From an uncultured virus (IMG/VR IMGVR_UViG_3300027782_003691) (taxonomy: Duplodnaviria; Heunggongvirae; Uroviricota; Caudoviricetes), in the IMG/VR virus record IMGVR_UViG_3300027782_003691: 64,000 nt of DNA; one strand, 5' to 3'. Under the pieces are notes generated by a model. It ran no database searches. It was not told the DNA's origin and saw only the letters and a program-made list of their open reading frames with translations. This document shows positions 52,643 through 62,054 of the stretch, in pieces (positions within the stretch are counted from its first letter, which is position 1; each line of letters begins with the position of its first letter). Made by a program: the position numbers and the translations under genes.

Positions 52643-53347
52643 TTAGTCGTTTTTATTGCCAAACAAGTTTAACAAATTGAGGAAAATGTTAATAAAGTCC
52701 AGGTATAATGTCAACGCACCGGTTACTTCAACTACTGAACTAGAGTCAACACTGACCATTTCACGGATTTGTTGTGTATCATACGCAGTTAATCCAAGAA
52801 AGATAATGATAGCTAACGCACTAATAACCATTTGCATTACAGTACTACCAATAAAGATATTAACGATACTGGCAATAACAATGGCGATTAATCCAATAAA
52901 CATAAACTTACCAAGACTATCTAGACTCTGTTTAGTAAAATAACCATAAAAACTCATAGTGCCAAATAATACAGCAGCACCCATAAATGCACTGACAATA
53001 CTTCCCATGGTGAACACAGCAAAGATTGTAGCAAAGCTCAGGCCCATTAGTGCCGCAAAACCATACAGGCATAGTAGAGCAGTACTTTTGCCCGGGCTAC
53101 GTGCCAATATCATAGCAATACCAAATACTGCTGCTAGTGGAGCAAAGATTACGATCCACTTTGTAATACCCGTGAAAAAGAATTTTAGTAACTCCGGGCT
53201 AGTTCCCACAAAGTAACTTACCAACATTGATACAATTACTGCTAACCCCATATATCCATAGACGCGACTCATTGCGTTATTGACTTCTTCTGCTGACCGA
53301 AAACTTAATTCTACTGTATTAGTATCTATCTGATTTGTATTAAACAT
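52643..53347 (-). CDS. Bax inhibitor-1/YccA family membrane protein
   Basis: 7 hydrophobic segments; LTAYDTQ.I, ALTLYLDFINIF. Confidence 0.92.
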   Translation of the reverse strand: MFNTNQIDTNTVELSFRSAEEVNNAMSRVYGYMGLAVIVSMLVSYFVGTSPELLKFFFTGITKWIVIFAPLAAVFGIAMILARSPGKSTALLCLYGFAALMGLSFATIFAVFTMGSIVSAFMGAAVLFGTMSFYGYFTKQSLDSLGKFMFIGLIAIVIASIVNIFIGSTVMQMVISALAIIIFLGLTAYDTQQIREMVSVDSSSVVEVTGALTLYLDFINIFLNLLNLFGNKND

Positions 53348-53399
53348 AATAATCTCCTATTTTAAAAATCAATTACTCACCAGTTTCCTGGAAAGTGCT

Positions 53400-53576
53400 T
53401 TATAACCATTTCAATCTAAAAAACATCGCATCACACGAGTTCTTAAAATGAAATTTACCCGGGCCCATATAGACCCATTCGTTATTACGCCCCCACGTAC
53501 TCAGACACCATTTATAACAGTCGCTCCACAGACACAGGTTGTGTGAGCAGGTAATGGTGATCCAATCTGTTTTCAT
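53400..53576 (-). CDS. hypothetical protein (F-x-L-K family)
   Basis: WCLSTWG...AMFFRLKW. Confidence 0.55.
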   Translation of the reverse strand: MKTDWITITCSHNLCLWSDCYKWCLSTWGRNNEWVYMGPGKFHFKNSCDAMFFRLKWL

Positions 53577-54127
53577 ACCCACCAATTTTCCCAGGGGAAT
53601 ACACACCAAACATCTTCTTCGGCTTTATTGATCTCAGTGCCCGTGTAGTCAACATCATGAAATTTACTGTCCAAATTGTCCACCAGCACAGCAAAGCGAA
53701 CATTCTGTCCCCAAATCTCATTCCACGCAGGATCATCGGGCAAACAACTACCGGGCCAATCTTTCTTGATCCAATTAAGTGTAGCACCAGTATCATTGAT
53801 GTCATCTACAATAAGAATTTTTTTGCGACGGCTGGGATCTGTAGTAATGGACTCTTCTGGCCTGGGGATAACAGCAGTATCCACGTACCCAAAAGCATCT
53901 TCCGACATCCAGCAATTAGTTTCGGATTGTGTGCTGCTGTCACGTAAACTGACCTTTAAACATTCCATGGGGATTTCTAAATATTGACTCAGCATGTTAG
54001 CTGGTGTAAGACCGCCGCGAGTGAGTCCTACGATGTAATCAGGTTGCCAATTATCACGACGCATATCACGGATAATTTTATGAACAAAACTGCGAATATC
54101 TTGATCTGTGTAATGAACTTTTTTCAT
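53573..54127 (-). CDS. type I phosphoribosyltransferase (Gpt-like)
   Basis: GLTRGG, ILIVDDINDTGAT, FPWE. Confidence 0.9.
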   Translation of the reverse strand: MKKVHYTDQDIRSFVHKIIRDMRRDNWQPDYIVGLTRGGLTPANMLSQYLEIPMECLKVSLRDSSTQSETNCWMSEDAFGYVDTAVIPRPEESITTDPSRRKKILIVDDINDTGATLNWIKKDWPGSCLPDDPAWNEIWGQNVRFAVLVDNLDSKFHDVDYTGTEINKAEEDVWCVFPWENWWV

Positions 54128-54182
54128 TAGAGCTCCTATGGGATAATGTATTTAGAAATTATACATTACCCATAGATTTTTG

Positions 54183-55082
54183 TCAACTTAAAATTTGCCG
54201 AATACCTTCTTCAAAACTCATGGGCGAATAATCGGGCATAATTTCACGTAGTTTGGTAATGTCAGGACGCCGATTAGCAACCGATCCCGACATGCTGGGC
54301 AATTCTTCGAATACAGCATCAGGATGCCCAAGTTCGGTTGCTATAACACGAACCGCATCACCAATTGATATTTCACGATCATTACCAATGTTTACCAGTA
54401 CACGATTGGCATTTTCAGCAACATAGATACTGGCACGAATAGCATCGCTCACATGACAGAACGAACGTGTTTCATGTGAACCTATAACCGAAAAGACACC
54501 ATTTTTAATCTTGTCAATTTGGTCACCGAGAAAATGCCCCTGCTTTGAATTTGCACCATACACATTAAAATAACGTATCATAACATATGGTAGATCAGAA
54601 TTAGCCAAAAAGTTTTCACTGGTAATTTTGGCCAGACGATAACTCCAACGTGCGTTATGTATATCCTTGATGAATACATCTGAGTTTTCTGGTACGGGAC
54701 TAACTGGATCATCTGCTACCACTTCCGAACTTGAGGCGTATACCAATCGTTTAAGATTAGTACACTTCTTGGCAAAGTTGAAAATATTGATATCACTGAC
54801 AAAGTTGTTTTCCAATACCTTGTTGGGCATCTTATAAAAGTTAGTAGTGCCGTTGATTGCACCATAGTGATAAATGTAGTCAAAGTCACGGGGCAATGAT
54901 GCTAGTCCAATAAATCTATCATTTGCCAATAGATCCATCTTATGCCATTCGTCACATGGAGGGATAGTCGAACTACGGCTATGATTATCTACTGCCCATA
55001 CTTCATGTCCAGCTGCCTTAAGTTGGTGACAAAATTCCGTCCCTAACAGTCCACTAGCACCTGTGATTAAGATTTTACTCAT
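54183..55082 (-). CDS. NAD-dependent epimerase/dehydratase (UDP-glucuronate decarboxylase-like)
   Basis: TGASGLLG, SSSEV, RWSYRLAK, RYFNVYG. Confidence 0.88.
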   Translation of the reverse strand: MSKILITGASGLLGTEFCHQLKAAGHEVWAVDNHSRSSTIPPCDEWHKMDLLANDRFIGLASLPRDFDYIYHYGAINGTTNFYKMPNKVLENNFVSDINIFNFAKKCTNLKRLVYASSSEVVADDPVSPVPENSDVFIKDIHNARWSYRLAKITSENFLANSDLPYVMIRYFNVYGANSKQGHFLGDQIDKIKNGVFSVIGSHETRSFCHVSDAIRASIYVAENANRVLVNIGNDREISIGDAVRVIATELGHPDAVFEELPSMSGSVANRRPDITKLREIMPDYSPMSFEEGIRQILS

Positions 55083-55851
55083 TGTTCACCTTTGCGTTGT
55101 CATCAATTAGGGCTTGGATCATTGAAAACTCTAGCCCTAAACTTTTAACTAAATTGTTCCAAGCACTGGTATCCTTGGGCAAACAATGACCGCCAAATCC
55201 ACGCAGATTCTCATTACACATTAGGTAAGCTGGATTAATACTATCACGCTGAATGATAGCGTTATATACATTGTCATAGTCAACACCCAGCTTCTTACAT
55301 ACAGCATAGGCAATATTGGCAAATATAATTTGTGTAGCGTGATTAACGTTGTTAAAGTATTTTACAACTTCTGCTTCTGCTGGCCTAACACAAGCCACAT
55401 TCTTAGGCAAGTTGCCATGTATTTTTCTCATCATGACATAATCTTCATCACGAGTGCTGCCGATAATTAGTAAATCATGGTTATACATAAAGTCAGCTAA
55501 TGCTGTCTTGGCACGGAGAAATTCTGGTACTGAACAAATACGTAGTTTAGGATATGCTGCTGATAAACGATCACAAGTGCCGGGAACTACTGTACTTTTG
55601 ATACTGACTAGTCCTGTATATTCGGCTGCGTGTAATGCTGAAATAACACTTTCCACGATACTGGTATCACAATCTCCATTTGCTGCTTGGTTAGTTGGTA
55701 CACTGATAAACACACAATCTGTACCCAACACATCACCGAGTGTTGACCCATCATACGCAGGATCAAAGAAACTCATTTCATGTCCCAAGTGATTAAGCCC
55801 TTCGTATACTGCCTTGCCTACCGTTCCCTTGCCTATAATTCCAATTTTCAT
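55075..55851 (-). CDS. UDP-glucose/GDP-mannose dehydrogenase family, lacking C-terminal domain
   Basis: GKGTVG, SVPT, KSTVVPG, PEFLR, GFGGHCLPKD. Confidence 0.88.
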   Translation of the reverse strand: MKIGIIGKGTVGKAVYEGLNHLGHEMSFFDPAYDGSTLGDVLGTDCVFISVPTNQAANGDCDTSIVESVISALHAAEYTGLVSIKSTVVPGTCDRLSAAYPKLRICSVPEFLRAKTALADFMYNHDLLIIGSTRDEDYVMMRKIHGNLPKNVACVRPAEAEVVKYFNNVNHATQIIFANIAYAVCKKLGVDYDNVYNAIIQRDSINPAYLMCNENLRGFGGHCLPKDTSAWNNLVKSLGLEFSMIQALIDDNAKVNNE

Positions 55852-56444
55852 TTTGTTTCCTCTGGATACTTCATATCAACCAGTTCGTTACCACTGACTG
55901 ATGTCATATTTAAAATTGCTTGTGCTACATCCATTGGCTCTAGACAAATATCTTTAGTTGACATATCTATCATCGGTGTACGAGTTCTTACTGGGTTAAT
56001 CAAACCTAATGACACATTTGACCCCGTAAAATGCTCGCAAGCGCCTTGCCACATATTATATAGTGCTGCCTTACTAGCAGCGTACAAAATATAGGCCTTT
56101 CGACCGGCCTTGTAAGCACTGGAACCCACCATGATAATTTTAACTGGCTTGGTACTAACGTTTTCTATGTAATGTTTAATGATACTCCAGTTAGAGCCTA
56201 CGTTAATGTTCATTGTTTTAAAATGAGGCTCTTTGTTGGCGTCATCAAAATGCCCAACGCAGTTGACCACCACGTCGGGCAAAATTTGTTTCAACAAGTT
56301 ATCTACTTGAAATTGACTTTGTTCCCATAAAAAGTCAATTTGTTTACTACTAACAGGGTGTACTGTATACCCAGCCGCGGCAAAGACTTCACATGTGGCT
56401 TTACCTATCCCACCACTTCCTCCAAATATAACTACTGTTTTCAT
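55848..56444 (-). CDS. short-chain dehydrogenase/reductase
   Basis: GGSGGIG, GSS, YAASK. Confidence 0.88.
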   Translation of the reverse strand: MKTVVIFGGSGGIGKATCEVFAAAGYTVHPVSSKQIDFLWEQSQFQVDNLLKQILPDVVVNCVGHFDDANKEPHFKTMNINVGSNWSIIKHYIENVSTKPVKIIMVGSSAYKAGRKAYILYAASKAALYNMWQGACEHFTGSNVSLGLINPVRTRTPMIDMSTKDICLEPMDVAQAILNMTSVSGNELVDMKYPEETK

Positions 56445-56848
56445 TCAGGAATAATAGAATCAACTCTTACTGTATCTGTTTCGTAATCTTCGCCACCACG
56501 TGGGCCTTCGGCAAAGGCTATAAAAACACATCCAAACTCACCAGCTTTCATAGCATGAATTTCTTTGGGATCACTGATAATGACGTCTCCAGTAACTGCC
56601 ACGTAAGTGGATACTGGTTCGGATTTGTCTGCTGGTTGTGAGTAATAAGTTAGGTCACCTGCAATAACATAGGTATACTGTACAGTATGATTATGATAGT
56701 GATTACCACGAACGGCACCGGGATTATTACTAATGATACATCCGTGATTGATGGCCTTTTTATAAAAGATATCTACGATAGATCCACGATCGTCTTGGAA
56801 TGAGCCTAGTCCGGGCTCGGTGTTAATTGCGACATTATAATATTTCAT
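56441..56848 (-). CDS. cupin, NDP-sugar isomerase/epimerase-like (FdtA/RmlC-like)
   Basis: DDRG, GAVRGNHYH, IHAM. Confidence 0.8.
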   Translation of the reverse strand: MKYYNVAINTEPGLGSFQDDRGSIVDIFYKKAINHGCIISNNPGAVRGNHYHNHTVQYTYVIAGDLTYYSQPADKSEPVSTYVAVTGDVIISDPKEIHAMKAGEFGCVFIAFAEGPRGGEDYETDTVRVDSIIPE

Positions 56849-58074
56849 TGTGATATGAACCTTGTGTTGGGATTAATTTTTAATAATGCTTGTTTAAGTG
56901 GTTCTCCAATGTTCCAGCTTAACACCAATGCATATGGTTTTTCGTGTAGCGCAAACTCATCATCACTTTTAATTGGGATACGTGATAGTGGGGTGTACTT
57001 ACCCTGTTTGAATTCACTAGCATCAGTAATACAATGCAGTAATGTTTTATCTAATTTATGCCAGGTAAGCCAGGTATTGGCCTTGGCTGCGGCACCGACT
57101 CCGATAATGACAGCATCAGGTTCATCAGCCAATATTTGATAAAAGTTACGGAGCCAGGTATTACGTTGTTGTACAAATTTAGCCTGCAACTTCTTGTAGA
57201 ACTTATGATTGAATAACCCCATGGCCGTTTCTCGTTCAATAGCCGACTGCACAAGAATAGGTGTTCCATCACCAGTATCCATTTTGGCTATCACACGTAG
57301 GCTACCACCATGATAATCGACTACATCGTAGTCCGCGATAGTTAAGCCAACTTGTTGCAATAAATTCCAAACACTTTTAATGGTAAAGTAAGAAATGTGT
57401 TCGTGGTATACCATATCCACAAAGCGGCCGCTTTCTACCATACTGGCCCAGTAAGGGACTTCAAAAACAAATATACCATCTTTGTCCAATAGGTGTGTTA
57501 TGCCAATAGCAAAGTTAATGGGATCGTTAGCGTGATTAAACACGTTGTTGGCCATGATCACCTTGGCAAGGCCATGTTTTTCTTTCAATTTATCAGCTAG
57601 CGATATGTCAAACAGACCTTTGACTGTTTTAACACCTGCAGCTTTGGCAATGTCACACATGGCTTTGGATGAGTCAACACCTAATGCGGTTACCCCGTCA
57701 TCTTGAAATTGTTTAATTAGGTATCCATCATTACTGCCGATCTCCACCACCAAGCCCTGGGGCTTGAATCGACCTTTGATTGTTGCAGCATACTCGTCCC
57801 AATGATTCCTGGCGGTGGTGGAGTTTGAACTGGTGTAGCTATAGCTGTATAAGTTATATCTATCCTTAGCATCGCTCACGTAGCCCAGTTGCAATCCGCC
57901 TGATTCGGTATTTAGATGTACTTCTAATGGGAATACAGGTTCAGCTAATTTTAACTGATCCTCGGCGATAAAGGTATCGGCGTAGGCATGCTGCCCAAAA
58001 TCCAATACCCTTGTCACCGGCGCCCCAGTAATTAGGCATTGCCACATATGGTTACTTTCTGTAATTTTACTCAT
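56845..58074 (-). CDS. NDP-hexose C-methyltransferase
   Basis: EIGSNDG, NNVFNH, YHEHISYF, HGGSLR, GAAAKA, KQGKYTP, LSWN. Confidence 0.9.
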   Translation of the reverse strand: MSKITESNHMWQCLITGAPVTRVLDFGQHAYADTFIAEDQLKLAEPVFPLEVHLNTESGGLQLGYVSDAKDRYNLYSYSYTSSNSTTARNHWDEYAATIKGRFKPQGLVVEIGSNDGYLIKQFQDDGVTALGVDSSKAMCDIAKAAGVKTVKGLFDISLADKLKEKHGLAKVIMANNVFNHANDPINFAIGITHLLDKDGIFVFEVPYWASMVESGRFVDMVYHEHISYFTIKSVWNLLQQVGLTIADYDVVDYHGGSLRVIAKMDTGDGTPILVQSAIERETAMGLFNHKFYKKLQAKFVQQRNTWLRNFYQILADEPDAVIIGVGAAAKANTWLTWHKLDKTLLHCITDASEFKQGKYTPLSRIPIKSDDEFALHEKPYALVLSWNIGEPLKQALLKINPNTRFISQ

Positions 58075-58901
58075 TATCTCTTTACCGGTGTTTGTGTCAT
58101 TTGTTTGTTGATATCATTGGCCCTAAGTTTTTCCCAGGGATCTTGTTTTCCCAGTTTAACATTGTGCCAAAAAGTAAGATCTACACCTTTTGCGGCTAAA
58201 TGCGTAGAGATATGTTCAGCGTCCATTAGTCTGCCATTTCCATATGATTTATGATGAAAGTCCAGTGGATTATTAGGATTACCTTCCAGCATATCACGTT
58301 TTTGATATGTAGTGTCGTTATTATTGCCAGTTAAATCATGTCTATCATGTGTGGCATAAATTTCCACAATTTCCATAATGTCCAGCATATATGCAATTTG
58401 ACTAAGTTCGGCATCGGTCATTTGGTGACGTGACACGAATCCAAATAAGTCATACCATTCCTTGGGATAGATGGGGAAGATGGAATACGGATGTTCACGA
58501 TGTACGTGAATTTTAAGTAGTTTGAACTCGCCAGTATGGCTGGTTACAACTTTGTCCCAGCCTGTTGTCTCCATGAGTGCATCATCATTCCATACAAATA
58601 GCCAATCGGCGGTTGCCTGCGCCGCCAGCCCATTGTAGTAACGATTTAGACCGTTATATCCCATGGGTTCAAAAACCATTACCGTATAGTTGATTCCTTT
58701 TTCTTCCATCCAGGGTTGAATATCTGTGGAGAAATAACCTAACCCAACTTCGTCATCATTATCGAATCCCAGTAATAGTTGGACTCCATCTAGGTCAAGT
58801 ACACGGTTAAAAATACTAATAATACTGAGCTTTAGTGCTGTAGTTCTACCTCTGGTGGGTAATAATACTGCTATTTTATATTCATTTGTGGACTTGGCCA
58901 T
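58074..58901 (-). CDS. GT2/GT-A glycosyltransferase
   Basis: LLPTRGR, DNDD, WNDD. Confidence 0.8.
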   Translation of the reverse strand: MAKSTNEYKIAVLLPTRGRTTALKLSIISIFNRVLDLDGVQLLLGFDNDDEVGLGYFSTDIQPWMEEKGINYTVMVFEPMGYNGLNRYYNGLAAQATADWLFVWNDDALMETTGWDKVVTSHTGEFKLLKIHVHREHPYSIFPIYPKEWYDLFGFVSRHQMTDAELSQIAYMLDIMEIVEIYATHDRHDLTGNNNDTTYQKRDMLEGNPNNPLDFHHKSYGNGRLMDAEHISTHLAAKGVDLTFWHNVKLGKQDPWEKLRANDINKQMTQTPVKR

Positions 58902-58958
58902 TGATATCCTTTCTGTAATTGAACTATTTACTGTTTAATATATGCACTTAACAATTTT

Positions 58959-59267
58959 CTAATCTTCAAAGATCTTGGACCATCGTTTAAGTTTTTCTCT
59001 TTTACGTTCCCTGGCCAGAATCAGTTCAGCTCTATCAATTACACCCTGCTCAACCAATATATCCACCATGCACATTACATCGCCGATCTCCTGTGCTAGC
59101 ATATCTTTGTGCAGTTCTTTGGTAGTATAATGTTCACTGTCGATTCCAAATCTCCGACATTTACTAACTTCAACTATAACCTCAGCACACTCCTCTTGCA
59201 GTATGCCCAGAGCTTCCATTACCCTACGATCGAGTTGTAGGGTTTCGTCATATTCTTTGGAACTCAT
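58959..59267 (-). CDS. MazG-like nucleotide pyrophosphohydrolase
   Basis: QEECAEVI...QEIGDV. Confidence 0.8.
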   Translation of the reverse strand: MSSKEYDETLQLDRRVMEALGILQEECAEVIVEVSKCRRFGIDSEHYTTKELHKDMLAQEIGDVMCMVDILVEQGVIDRAELILARERKREKLKRWSKIFED

Positions 59268-59908
59268 ATTAATAAATCCTCATGCCATTCTCTATGTCCT
59301 TCTCTGTAAGCCATATTGCTTTGTGTTTCGCGTACTTCTACACGATAGCACCAAAGTCTATCTGCTTCTGCCGTTCCCCACATGTCAGGAATATAAACGC
59401 CATTAACATACCGGTACAGCATGTCAGCTAATCCTTCACAACCTAAACGTGGCAAAATAGTCAGCTTGGCCATGTTCTTAGATTGCAGCAGTTTAAATGT
59501 CTCCAGTTCTGGATCATCTTCTGCTACTAGCAATGTATGATCAAACTGATCTTCTAGTGTGTCTTTTAGCTCTTTGAGTCCACCGTAGTCTGCTGCCCAG
59601 TTGCGTACATCCAGGTCGTTGGTGCCAAAGTAAAACTTCATACTAAAGCTGTAGCCATGTATTAAATTACAGTGGCTATCTGCTCGCCACTGTCTGTAGG
59701 CGCAGGGAAAAGCGTCGTGATATTCTTTTGTACTGGTGTACTTGTATTGCACAGTTGATGGCACGCTACTCAATGCCTGCTCTACGTTATCTGCTAGACT
59801 TTTTTGCAAGACTGGCCCTACTGTGTTACCAGATTTTGTGTGATGATAATGATTGATGCGAGCATCGAAGTAATCACTTAGTGCTTGCTGGTGGGGGTTA
59901 TTTGCCAT
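59264..59908 (-). CDS. queD: 6-carboxytetrahydropterin synthase / PTPS family
   Basis: CNLIHGY, DYGGLK, FDHT, GCEGLA, VEVRET. Confidence 0.88.
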   Translation of the reverse strand: MANNPHQQALSDYFDARINHYHHTKSGNTVGPVLQKSLADNVEQALSSVPSTVQYKYTSTKEYHDAFPCAYRQWRADSHCNLIHGYSFSMKFYFGTNDLDVRNWAADYGGLKELKDTLEDQFDHTLLVAEDDPELETFKLLQSKNMAKLTILPRLGCEGLADMLYRYVNGVYIPDMWGTAEADRLWCYRVEVRETQSNMAYREGHREWHEDLLI

Positions 59909-59996
59909 TATTGATCTCCTATGATATATTATAGCATAGGCAGCAGAGTTTGTATAGCGGGGGTGATGCCAAAAGGCCGCTTTGCTGCATTATTTA
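59909..59996 (-). promoter_or_regulatory. structured 5' region of queD (candidate cis-regulatory RNA and/or promoter)
   Basis: AGCGG/CCGCT stem, GGCA/TGCC possible pseudoknot, CCTATG/CATAGG hairpin over AGGAG SD; also TATACA-17-TATAAT. Confidence 0.45.
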
Positions 59997-60328
59997 CTTT
60001 TACCTGCAATTGCAATGATAACTTTAAACTTATCACATGCTTCCAACCATGTCGCCAATGCGTCATTAATAGTCACATTACCTGCGTGTTCGTTATTGAT
60101 ATGTTCTGTAACGCTTGTCTTAGCTTGTTCAAGGAAATCCTCAATTGCGGTTGCGGTAGCTAACGCAGGTTGCCAATAAGTACCATCATACAGTTCAAAT
60201 GAGCTAATGGTAGTATTGTATCGTATTTGACCCAACGCTGGACTGACGGGACCAACATTGATAGTAGTATTATTTGTATACCCACTACCACTATTTGTCA
60301 GTACAGGATTAACGGCGTACAAAGTCAT
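59990..60328 (-). CDS. hypothetical protein (paralog of 60776-61132)
   Basis: GQIRYN...FELYDGTYW...DAL. Confidence 0.6.
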   Translation of the reverse strand: MTLYAVNPVLTNSGSGYTNNTTINVGPVSPALGQIRYNTTISSFELYDGTYWQPALATATAIEDFLEQAKTSVTEHINNEHAGNVTINDALATWLEACDKFKVIIAIAGKSK

Positions 60329-60633
60329 CGACGTAAAAATTCCATAGATACCAATTGGCCAACACGATGAGCGATATCTTCACCTTCAGGAATAATATGT
60401 GCTACAATATCCCATTCGTGGTCTTTTTGGTTCCAGGATTTAATTTCGATTACACATCCACCTCTTGCGGGTAGCACGGAAAATCTAACTGATTTACCCA
60501 TGTCAATTTTATGCCCGCTGTCATCCTCAACAGAATCCATGTCGACCAAGCGAGAATTTAACGGTTCATCATTTAACTGTTCCATTTGCGCTTCCTGCAA
60601 CCATTGTAGTATCTTTCGTTTAAACCATTTCAT
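60325..60633 (-). CDS. hypothetical protein
   Basis: Coupled 102-aa ORF. Confidence 0.62.
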   Translation of the reverse strand: MKWFKRKILQWLQEAQMEQLNDEPLNSRLVDMDSVEDDSGHKIDMGKSVRFSVLPARGGCVIEIKSWNQKDHEWDIVAHIIPEGEDIAHRVGQLVSMEFLRR

Positions 60634-60779
60634 TCTTCATCTCCCCAATCAATATCTTCATTTTTCTGCAGTTCTGCATATTCCTCTTCTGATAGTGCGT
60701 GGCTACTATCGCAATAGCCTTCTAGGTCTCTGGTACGACCACATCCGCACTTGGCAAAGTTTTTAACCATTGGTGTCAT
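60630..60779 (-). CDS. minimal CDGSH-type iron-sulfur protein (49 aa)
   Basis: Below track cutoff; MTPMVKNFAKCGCGRTRDLEGYCDSSHALSEEEY...; coupled both sides, GAGG SD. Confidence 0.75.
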   Translation of the reverse strand: MTPMVKNFAKCGCGRTRDLEGYCDSSHALSEEEYAELQKNEDIDWGDEE

Positions 60780-61132
60780 TTATTTTCCTCTGTTAATAGT
60801 AATATAATATTAAGTTGCTCTTGTGCGTGTTTAGCCGCAGCAAGGGCATCTGCTACTGCAGGTTTAGTTTTGGCCAATTCTTCTGCCCTATGTTCTTGTG
60901 TCATTTTCTTGTCGGCCCATGCCATTATTGCTTCTGCATGTTTAGTTAAATTAATTGTTGCACTATTACCGTACATGGCCATCCAAGTGGTGCCATTCCA
61001 AACTTCTTGTTGTCCATTTATAACTCTAACTGCACCCTGCATGGGGTTAGGGCCGGATGGAACATATGGTATAGTACCGCCAGAAGTTGTAATTTCTATC
61101 CACGGGCCGCCTACTTTAACATGATCAATCAT
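60776..61132 (-). CDS. hypothetical protein
   Basis: GAVRV...EVWNGTTW...PAVADAL; start reassigned to MIDHV. Confidence 0.62.
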   Translation of the reverse strand: MIDHVKVGGPWIEITTSGGTIPYVPSGPNPMQGAVRVINGQQEVWNGTTWMAMYGNSATINLTKHAEAIMAWADKKMTQEHRAEELAKTKPAVADALAAAKHAQEQLNIILLLTEENK

Positions 61133-61352
61133 CTTTTTCCATATCAGCAGCTTGCTGTACCAAGGATACCAATTGATCCATATTTTGACAAAGAATTTTA
61201 ACAGTTTTATAATCGCCAGCACGGTTTCGTCCTGCAATTTCAAACATAAATCCGTTGTCATACATGTAGACAGTAAAGTTTTCGTTTACTTTTTCTAGTT
61301 TGTGTTTGATTTCGCTGATTTCAGTTGTTGGTAAAAACGTTTTAGTTGCCAT
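61125..61352 (-). CDS. hypothetical protein
   Basis: 75 aa, AGGAG SD. Confidence 0.62.
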   Translation of the reverse strand: MATKTFLPTTEISEIKHKLEKVNENFTVYMYDNGFMFEIAGRNRAGDYKTVKILCQNMDQLVSLVQQAADMEKDD

Positions 61353-61361
61353 TATGATCTC

Positions 61362-62054
61362 CTATCGTGGGGCAAAGTCTTGTTGTAGTTTAATATTATC
61401 AAAGAATTCCTTCTTTGTATCCATGTGTTCCTTGAACGCACCTTTCAATACTGTAGTCTGTGTTAAACTACTGTGTGCCATAATTCCGCGATTTTCGCAG
61501 CAGCCGTGTATGGCTTGAATATAAACACCCACATCCTCACTGTCGGTTGCTCGCATTATTTCTCGGGCGATGTCGTTACAGAGCTCTTCCTGCAGAGTAC
61601 CACGGCGAGCACACCACTGAGCAATCCTAGTATACTTAGATAGCCCGATAAGTTTATTTGCGGCAAGGATTCCAATGTAGGCAACACCAGTAACAGGCTG
61701 ATGGTGGTGACTGCACATACTACGCAACTCACTGCGCACGACCAACATACCTTCATATCTATTCTCCGAATCATTTGGAAACGCTGTACAATCTGGGGCA
61801 GGCTCATATCTGCCTGCCATAATTTCGTTAAAATACATTTTGGCCAATCTATGCGCTGTGCCTTGACTATTGGGATCAGCGTCAATGTCGATCAATAGAC
61901 TTTCTAGTACAGTTTCGAACGCCTCTGTGGCTTCGTTAATTAGAATCCTTTTATCTTCTTCAGTAACGTAGTCACTGATGTTGTCGCCGGCCCAAAATCT
62001 CTTACCATCTGCTTGCATTCTGCGACGAATGCTGTCACCTAAGTATCCCGCCAT
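61362..62054 (-). CDS. folE: GTP cyclohydrolase I
   Basis: SMCSHH, IGLSK..R, QEE, HGC...RG. Confidence 0.95.
   Translation of the reverse strand: MAGYLGDSIRRRMQADGKRFWAGDNISDYVTEEDKRILINEATEAFETVLESLLIDIDADPNSQGTAHRLAKMYFNEIMAGRYEPAPDCTAFPNDSENRYEGMLVVRSELRSMCSHHHQPVTGVAYIGILAANKLIGLSKYTRIAQWCARRGTLQEELCNDIAREIMRATDSEDVGVYIQAIHGCCENRGIMAHSSLTQTTVLKGAFKEHMDTKKEFFDNIKLQQDFAPR

Noticed and set aside
60630..60779. Frameshifted CDGSH pseudogene
   Set aside because: Recounting the A run (5 A) shows a continuous 50-codon frame.
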